From contig CAVRVQ010000007.1 in the NCBI GenBank assembly GCA_963724685.1, positions 284,668 to 348,667 on the forward strand: a stretch of 64,000 nucleotides of DNA, written 5' to 3'. A program made the position numbers and the translations under genes. The notes beneath the pieces are model-generated. The model did no database searches, was not told the DNA's origin, and saw only the letters and a program-made list of their open reading frames with translations. Below, piece by piece: positions 57,451-64,000 of the stretch (position 1 is the stretch's first letter; every line of letters starts with the position of its first letter). The DNA is from an uncultured beta proteobacterium (lineage in GTDB: Bacteria; Pseudomonadota; Gammaproteobacteria; Burkholderiales; Casimicrobiaceae).

Positions 57451-58088
57451 TGCTGTCGCTCGACACCTGGCTCCTGTTCTGCGTCGCCTGCGTCGCGCTC
57501 GTCGCGACGCCGGGACCGAGCATCGTCTACCTCGTCTCGCGCACGCTGGCGCAGGGGCGCGCGGCAGGCTTCGTCTCACTCTGCGGGACATCGTCCGGCT
57601 TTGCGGTCCACGCGCTTGCAGCCGCGTTCGGGTTGTCCGCGCTGCTCGCCGCGGTGCCGCTCGCCTACGATGTCGTGCGCTGGCTCGGCGCGGCCTATCT
57701 CGCGTGGCTCGCCGTTTCGACCTGGCGGGCGCGCGACGACGACACGCCGGATGCAGCCGCTGCGGATCTCCCGGCGGCGCAACTTTTCCGGCAGGGGCTG
57801 CTGACCGCGGTCCTCAATCCCAAGGTCGCGTTGTTCCAGCTCGCCTTCTTTCCCCAGTTCGTCACGCCCGCGAACGGCAGCGTGCTGACGCAAAGCCTGT
57901 TGCTCGCGGCGACCCAGTTCGCGATCGTCGTCGCCGGCGATTCGCTGTACGTCCTCGCGGCCGCCGGCGTGCGCCGGTGGTTCTCGGGGCGTCCCGGCTG
58001 GGGGCGCTGGGCTCGCCGTGCGCTCGCCGGCGTCTTCGGCGCGCTGGCGGCGCGCCTCGTGTGGCAGGACGCGGCCGTCGGCCGATGA
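57450..58088 (+). CDS. LysE/RhtB-family amino-acid exporter, copy 1 (intact)
   Basis: ORF 57438-58088, taken from ATG 57450: [24 protein letters not shown] ... [21 protein letters not shown]. Confidence 0.85.
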   Translation: MLSLDTWLLFCVACVALVATPGPSIVYLVSRTLAQGRAAGFVSLCGTSSGFAVHALAAAFGLSALLAAVPLAYDVVRWLGAAYLAWLAVSTWRARDDDTPDAAAADLPAAQLFRQGLLTAVLNPKVALFQLAFFPQFVTPANGSVLTQSLLLAATQFAIVVAGDSLYVLAAAGVRRWFSGRPGWGRWARRALAGVFGALAARLVWQDAAVGR

Positions 58089-58099
58089 GGTGAAGCGCC

Positions 58100-59233
58100 A
58101 TGCTGCTGACCGAGGAACAAAGGCTCGTGCGCGATACGATCCGCACATTCGCGCAGACGGAGCTCGCGCCCCATGCCGCGCGCTGGGACCGCGAGCACCA
58201 CTTCCCGCGCGAAGCGCTGCACGCGCTCGGCGCGCTGGGCGCGCTGGGGATGGTCGTCCCCGAGGCTTTCGGCGGCGCAGGAATGGATTACGTGTCGCTC
58301 GCCGTCGCGCTGGAGGAGATCGCCGCGGGCGACGGCGCGACATCGACGATCGTCAGCGTGCAGAACTCGGTGGTGTGCGGACCGCTCAACGCCTTCGGCA
58401 CCGATGCGCAGAAGGAGAAGTACCTGAAGCCGCTCGCTCGCGGCGAGCGCTTCGGTTGCTTCTGTCTCACGGAGCCGCACGTCGGGTCGGACGCGGGCGC
58501 GATCGCCACGCGCGCCGAACGGGACGGCGAGCATTGGGTGCTGAACGGCGTGAAGCAGTTCATCACGACCGGCAAGAACGCCGACGTGGCGATCGTGTTC
58601 GCGGTCACCGACAAGGCGAGCGGCAAGAAGGGAATCTCCGGGTTCGTCGTCGACACGAAGAGCCCCGGCTTCGTGGTCGCGCGGGTCGAGGAAAAGCTCG
58701 GCCAGCGCGCGTCCGACACGGCGCAGATCGTCTTCGAGAACTGCCGGGTGCCGGCTGCGAACCTCCTGGGGCGCGAGGGCGACGGCTACCGGATCGCGCT
58801 GTCCAATCTCGAGGCCGGCCGCATCGGCATCGCCGCGCAGGCGGTGGGCATGGCGAGGGCGGCGCTCGATGCAGCGCTCCAGTTCGCGCGCGAGCGGATC
58901 GCCTTCGGCAAGGCGATCGCTGAGCACCAGGCGATCAATTTCAAGCTGGCCGACATGGCGACGCAGATCGAGGCGGCGCGGCAGCTCGTGTGGCACGCGG
59001 CGGCGCTGCGCGACGCCGGGGAGCCTTGCCTCAAGGAGGCGTCGATGGCGAAGCTCTTCGCCTCCGAGATGGCCGAGCGGGTGTGCTCGGATGCGATCCA
59101 GGTCCACGGCGGCTACGGCTACGTCGCCGATTTTCCGGTGGAGCGGATCTACCGCGACGTGCGCGTCTGCCAGATCTACGAAGGTACGAGCGAGATCCAG
59201 CGGCTCGTGATCGGCCGCGCGCTCGCCGGCTGA
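58100..59233 (+). CDS. Short/branched-chain acyl-CoA dehydrogenase (intact)
   Basis: ORF 58100-59233: [30 protein letters not shown]. The whole ACAD fold is recognisable. Confidence 0.9.
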   Translation: MLLTEEQRLVRDTIRTFAQTELAPHAARWDREHHFPREALHALGALGALGMVVPEAFGGAGMDYVSLAVALEEIAAGDGATSTIVSVQNSVVCGPLNAFGTDAQKEKYLKPLARGERFGCFCLTEPHVGSDAGAIATRAERDGEHWVLNGVKQFITTGKNADVAIVFAVTDKASGKKGISGFVVDTKSPGFVVARVEEKLGQRASDTAQIVFENCRVPAANLLGREGDGYRIALSNLEAGRIGIAAQAVGMARAALDAALQFARERIAFGKAIAEHQAINFKLADMATQIEAARQLVWHAAALRDAGEPCLKEASMAKLFASEMAERVCSDAIQVHGGYGYVADFPVERIYRDVRVCQIYEGTSEIQRLVIGRALAG

Positions 59234-59256
59234 AACTCATCGAGGCGAGGGCACCG

Positions 59257-59863
59257 ATGGCGGCACCGATCGACTTCTATTTCGACTTCTCGTCGCCGTA
59301 CGGCTATCTCGCCGTCGCAGAAGATCGAAGCGCTCGCGGCGAAATACGACCGGTAGGTCGACTGGCGCCCGGTGCTGCTCGGCGCGATCTTCAAGGAGAC
59401 GGGCGCCGCGCCGCTGACGATGGTCCCGCTCAAAGGTGACTATTCGAGGCGCGACTTCGAGCGCAGCGCCCGCTTCCACGGCATCGCCGGATTCCGCATG
59501 CCGCCGAAATTTCCCATCGCGAGCCAGGCGCCGGCGCGGATCGTGCTCTGGCAGAAGGCGCACGATCCGGCGCAAGCCGCTCGGGTCGCCAAGGCGCTCT
59601 ATCGCGCGTTCTTCACCGAAGGCATCGACATTTCGATTCCGGAGCTGGCGGCGTCGGTCGCGGCCCGCGAGGGTGTCGACGCCACCGCCGCTCGCGCGGC
59701 GATCGACGATCCGGCCATCAAGGACGCGCTGAAGCGCGAGGTCGAGCAGGCGATCGCGCGCGGCGTGTTCGGGTCGCCCTTCATCGTCGTCGACGGCGAG
59801 CCGTTCTGGGGGCTCGACCGCTTCGATCAGGTCGAGCGCTGGCTTCACACCGGCGGGTTCTAG
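59257..59863 (+). CDS. 2-hydroxychromene-2-carboxylate isomerase family protein (DsbA-like fold); frame switches near 59312 and 59355
   Basis: MAAPIDFYFDFSSPYGYL (ORF 58990 frame), then WRPVLLGAIFKETGAAPL ... GVFGSPFIVVDGEPFWGLDRFDQVERWL (ORF 59372-59863). Confidence 0.8.
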
Positions 59864-59917
59864 GGCCCATTCGCACTTGCAGACATCGTTTGAACGGGCG
59901 CAACGCGGAGCTCCGAC

Positions 59918-60552
59918 ATGGCCGAATACACGCTTCACTGCTTCGCACAATCCGGCAATGCGTACAAGCCGGCGCTGGCGCTGGAACTCGCCGGAGCCGA
60001 CTGGGCACCGCGGTTCGTCGACTATTTCAACGGCGAGACGCGCACTTCGGCCTATCGCACGATCAACGTGATGGGCGAGGTGCCGGTGCTCGAGCATCGC
60101 GGCAGCATGCTGTCGCAATCGGGGGTGATTCTCGACTACCTCGCCGAGACGCTCGGCAAGTTCGGTCCAGCCAATGAGACCGAGCGCCGCGAGATATTGC
60201 GCTGGCTCCTCTTCGACAACCACAAGCTGTCGAGTTACACGGCCACCTATCGCTTCCTGCGGGTATTGGCCAAGGATCCGGATCCGGGGGTGCTGGCGGA
60301 GTTCCGCCGCCGGGCGGAGGCCGCGTGGGCGTGCTCAATGCGCATCTCCACGGGCGCCGCTACGTCGCGGCGGACCGGCTGACGATCGCCGACGTTTCGC
60401 TCACCGGTTACCTCTTCTTCGAAGACGAGATCGGCGTCGATTGGAGCGTGTATCCTGCTATCCGCGACTGGCTCGACCGGATCAAGAGCGAGCCGCGCTG
60501 GGTGCACCCGTACCAGTTGATGCCGGGGCATCCGTTGCCGAAGACCTCCTGA
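59918..60552 (+). CDS. Glutathione S-transferase family protein; one frame switch near 60325
   Basis: MAEYTLHCFAQSGNAYKPALALEL ... MGEVPVLEH ... SQSGVILDYL (thioredoxin-like N-domain, ORF 59918), plus a C-domain in ORF 60325-60552. Confidence 0.85.
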
Positions 60553-60633
60553 CGCGATGTCCATCCGAGCCCCCGTCCAATCTTTCCGTCATCGCCTGGC
60601 GCGAGACCCGCGGGCGACCCACAGGCCGAGCTC

Positions 60634-61284
60634 ATGATGGGCATTCACGACCTCGGCTTGTTCATCGCGGCCGGATTGTTGCTCAACGTTACGCCGGGTC
60701 CCGACATGGCGTACATTGCCGCCCGCGGCGCCGCCGGCGGATTCCGCGCGGGGATGGCGGCCACGCTCGGCATCACCGCGGGCTGCATCGTGCACACGCT
60801 CGCCGCCGCTGCCGGCCTGTCGGTGCTGCTCGCGACCTCGGCCGCGGCATTCGGCGTCGTCAAGTGGTGCGGTGCGGCCTACCTGCTCTACGCCGGAATT
60901 CGCCTCGTCGCGGCGAGCGTGCGCCCTTCGCGCCGAGGTGATGGAGATGGGCGTGACCCGCTGCTGCCGGCCGCGTCGACGAGGCGAATCTTTCGCGAAG
61001 CGCTGGTGATCAACATGCTCAATCCGAAGGTCGCGCTGTTCTTCCTCGCGTTCCTGCCGCAGTTCATCGACGCGGAGGCCCCGTCCAAGGCGCTGGCGTT
61101 CGTCGCGCTCGGTTGCCTCTTCAACTTCAACAGCCTGTTCGTCAACGTACCGGTGGTATGGTTCGCCGCGCGTGCCGGACGACGCGTTCGCGCGCACGCA
61201 GCGGCGGCACGGTGGCTGACCGGTGCCGTCGGTGCGCTGTTCGTGCTGCTCGCCGCGCGTCTCGCGACGCTCGAGCATCGATGA
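60634..61284 (+). CDS. LysE/RhtB-family amino-acid exporter, copy 2 (intact)
   Basis: ORF 60634-61284: LGLFIAAGLLLNVTPGPDMAYI ... [22 protein letters not shown] paralogue of the 57450 gene, with moderate identity by eye. Confidence 0.85.
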   Translation: MMGIHDLGLFIAAGLLLNVTPGPDMAYIAARGAAGGFRAGMAATLGITAGCIVHTLAAAAGLSVLLATSAAAFGVVKWCGAAYLLYAGIRLVAASVRPSRRGDGDGRDPLLPAASTRRIFREALVINMLNPKVALFFLAFLPQFIDAEAPSKALAFVALGCLFNFNSLFVNVPVVWFAARAGRRVRAHAAAARWLTGAVGALFVLLAARLATLEHR

Positions 61285-61285
61285 A

Positions 61286-61360
61286 CAGCCCCCACGTCCA
61301 TGCCGTTCGCTGCCCCCCGCGGGGGGCGCAATGCCCTGCGGACGGCCGCGCGGGCACTGA
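61286..61360 (+). repeat. R1 repeat copy c, between the LysE-2 stop and the liuB ATG
   Basis: CAGCCCCCACGTCCATGCCGTTCGCTGCCCCCCGCGGGGGGCGCAATGCCCTGCGGACGGCCGCGCGGGCACTGA. Collinear with copy b and in the same orientation. Confidence 0.75.
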
Positions 61361-61384
61361 ATGAGAACGTAGCCCGCTCGCCCC

Positions 61385-62995
61385 ATGCCCGTGATCGAAA
61401 CGAAGCTCGACATCCGCGACGCGACGTTCGCGAAGAACCGCGACGCGATGGCGGCGCTGGTGGCCGACCTCAGGGCCCAGGTGGCGCGGGTCGAGCAGGG
61501 CGGCGGCGAGGCCGCGTGCGCGAAGCACGTCGCCCGCGGGAAGCTCCTGCCGCGCGAGCGTGTGCGCGCGCTGCTCGACCCCGGCTCGCCGTTTCTCGAG
61601 CTCTCGCAGCTGGCCGCGCACGGAATGTACGACGGGACGATCGCCGCGGCCGGCATCATCACCGGGCGTCGGTCGCGTGGCCGGCCGCGAATGCGTCATC
61701 GTCTGCAACGACGCGACGGTCAAGGGCGGCACGTATTACCCGCTGACCGTCAAGAAGCACCTGCGGGCGCAGGAGATCGCCCGCGAGAACCACCTGCCGT
61801 GTATCTACCTCGTCGACTCGGGCGGGGCCAACCTCCCGAACCAGATCGACGTGTTCCCGGACCGCGACCACTTCGGCCGGATCTTCTACAACCAGGCCAC
61901 GATGTCGGCCGAAGGCATTCCGCAGGTCGCCGTCGTCATGGGCTCCTGCACGGCCGGCGGAGCGTACGTGCCCGCCATGTCGGACGAGTCGATCATCGTC
62001 AAGGATCAGGGCACGATCTTTCTCGGCGGTCCGCCGCTCGTCAAGGCGGCGACCGGCGAGATCGTGTCGGCCGAGGAGCTGGGCGGCGCCGACGTCCATA
62101 CGCGCGTGTCCGGCGTCGCCGACCATTTCGCGCTCGACGACCATCACGCGCTCGCCATCGCCCGCCGGATCGTCGGCAATCTCAATCGCGGAAAGCAGGT
62201 CGCGGCCGATGTGCGCGAGGCGGTTCCGCCGCGGTTCGACCGCGGAGGAGATCTACGGCGTCATCAGCGCCGACATCAAGAAGCCCTACGACGTGCGCGA
62301 GGTGATCGCGCGCATCGTCGACGGCAGCGAGTTCGACGAGTTCAAGGCGCGCTACGGCACGACGCTCGTCACCGGCTTCGCCCGCATCTGGGGCTATCCG
62401 GTCGGCATCGTCGCCAACAACGGCATCCTGTTTTCGGAATCGGCGCTGAAGGGTGCGCACTTCATCGAGCTGTGCGCGCAGCGGAAGATTCCGCTCGTGT
62501 TCCTGCAGAACATCACGGGCTTCATGGTCGGACAGAAGTACGAAGCGGGCGGCATCGCCCGCGACGGCGCCAAGCTGGTCACCGCCGTGTCGTGCGCGCA
62601 GGTGCCGAAGTTCACGGTGATCATCGGCGGCAGCTACGGCGCCGGCAACTACGGCATGTGCGGACGTGCCTTCGGCCCGCGCTTCCTGTGGATGTGGCCC
62701 AATGCGCGCATCTCGGTGATGGGCGGCGAGCAGGCGGCCATCGTGCTCGCGACGGTCCGCCGCGATGCGATCGAAGCGAAGGGTGGCGCGTGGAGCGCGG
62801 CGGACGAGGAGGCGTTCCGCGCGCCGATCCGCGCCCAGTACGAAGCAGGAAGGACACCCGTACTTCGCGAGCGCGCGTCTCTGGGACGACGGCATCATCG
62901 ATCCGGCGGACACCCGCCGGGTGCTGGGGCTGGCGATTTCGGCGTCGCTCAACCGGCCGATCGAGCCCACGAAATTCGGCGTGTTCAGGATGTAG
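61385..62995 (+). CDS. liuB: Methylcrotonyl-CoA carboxylase carboxyltransferase (beta) subunit; frame switches near 61665, 62225, 62845
   Basis: [22 protein letters not shown] ... GKLLPRERV (ORF 61385); [17 protein letters not shown] ... [14 protein letters not shown] (ORF 61560); [21 protein letters not shown] ... [17 protein letters not shown] (ORF 62209); tail in ORF 62765-62995. Confidence 0.92.
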
Positions 62996-62998
62996 AGA

Positions 62999-63879
62999 AT
63001 GACGAACCCACGTACCCCTGCCCGGAAGTCCGGCCCATCGCCTCGGCGAGGCGCGACGCCGCGTCCGGCGAAGAACGCACGCTACGGCACGATCACCGTC
63101 GATGTCCGCGAATCGGTCGCGCTCGTGATGCTCGCGCGGCCCGACGTGCACAACGCGTTCGATGCGACGCTGATCCGCGAGTTGACGCACGCGCTCGCGG
63201 CGCTCGACGGCAATCCCGACGTGCGCGCCGTCGTGTTGCTGGGGGAGGGCAGGAGCTTCTGCGCCGGCGCCGACTTGAACTGGATGAAGGCGATGGCGGG
63301 TTACGGCGCCGCGGAGAATCTCGCCGACGCCAGGGCGCTGGCCGCGATGCTGCGCACGCTCGACCTGCTGTCGAAGCCGACCATCGCCCGCGTGCACGGC
63401 GCGGCCTTCGGCGGCGGCGTCGGACTTGTCGCGTGCTGCGACATCGCCTTCGCCGCGCACGACGCGACCTTCTCGCTGTCGGAGGCGAAGCTCGGGCTCA
63501 TTCCGGCGACCATCGCGCCGTACGTGGTCGACGCGATCGGCGCGCGACAGGCGCGGCGCTACTTTCTGTCCGCCGAGCAGTTCACCGCCGCGGAAGCGTT
63601 CGGATCGGGCTCGTGCACGACCTGTATCCCGCTCGCGGCAGCTCGATGGCCGGATCAACGAGCTCCTCGGCGCCTTGCTCGTCGCGGGACCGCAGGCGCA
63701 GGCGGAGTCGAAGGCGCTGATCCGCGCGGTCGCCGCGAGGCCGATCGACGATGCCGTGATCGCCGACACCGCGGCACGGATCGCGCGAGTGCGAGGGCTC
63801 GACGGAAGGCAAGGAAGGCATCGCGGCCTTTCTCGAGAAACGGTCGCCGGCGTGGGTGCCGGCGGCGTTGAAGAAATGA
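62999..63879 (+). CDS. liuC: Methylglutaconyl-CoA hydratase (enoyl-CoA hydratase family); two or three frame switches after ~63600
   Basis: [18 protein letters not shown] ... [13 protein letters not shown] ... [14 protein letters not shown] (ORF 62999). The C-terminus ...[23 protein letters not shown] ends at a TGA near 63877-63879 in another frame. Confidence 0.85.
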
Positions 63880-64000
63880 GCACGTCCCGGATGCCACGTT
63901 CGACACCTGGCAGCTCATCGCGCTCGCGGCGGCGGTCGGCTGGGCGAGCGGAATTCGCCTCTATGCCGTGCTCTTCGTCGTCGGCGGACTGGGATACCTC
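63876..64000 (+). CDS. Membrane protein, DUF4126-like (5' end only; runs off right edge); early frame switch
   Basis: ATG near 63876 overlaps the liuC stop. TFDTWQLIALAAAVGWASGIRLYAVLFVVGGLGYL is read one frame over. Confidence 0.4.
   Translation, partial: MSTSRMPRSTPGSSSRSRRRSAGRAEFASMPCSSSSADWDT

Noticed and set aside
61361-61384. Mini-ORF ATGAGAACGTAG (Met-Arg-Thr-stop) between R1 copy c and the liuB ATG as a leader peptide
   Set aside because: It is two sense codons after the ATG, with no RBS and no equivalent at the other R1 copies. It is most likely fortuitous.

Overview
GC-rich chromosomal segment (about two-thirds G+C by eye, not computed). The gene order looks betaproteobacterial (Burkholderiales/Rhodocyclales-like), but the taxon cannot be fixed from this window. 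Content is almost entirely housekeeping. In order: livFGMHK branched-chain amino-acid ABC importer (-), an MFP+RND efflux pair, pcm-rhodanese-tolC, waaA-waaC (-), and a sugar-nucleotide block (UDP-glucuronate-epimerase-like gene plus rfbBACD). Then a MOSC protein, dihaem cytochrome c4, engB, hemB, and mrcA divergent from the type IV pilus operon pilMNOPQ-aroK-aroB. Then an orphan repeat lipoprotein, gltBD, hemE, priA, argS, a SPOR protein, dsbA, an SDR, an EstA-like GDSL autotransporter, a glycine-zipper lipoprotein, phaC, an MBL hydrolase, and a leucine/isovalerate (liu) catabolic cluster. I recognised no rRNA, tRNA, CRISPR, transposase, integrase or phage genes. The main non-standard property is that most genes are broken by single-nucleotide-type frame switches (roughly 100 by my manual count). 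Homology continues undiminished after each switch, and essential genes are hit repeatedly, so assembly indels are more likely than biology. The breaks are clustered and spare a 7.5-kb island. Other observations: two families of GC-rich structured repeats sit immediately 5' of start codons, and one pair of these brackets a 4-kb insertion in the liu operon. There is an AT-rich island with DnaA-box-like 9-mers and a minus-strand terminator-like hairpin between hemE and priA. There is also a structured argS leader and a candidate LiuR operator. I did not find a convincing novel multi-gene system; the repeats and the orphan lipoprotein are the most interesting leads. Coordinates anchored on the ORF track are exact. 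Motif coordinates counted by hand may be off by 1-2 nt.
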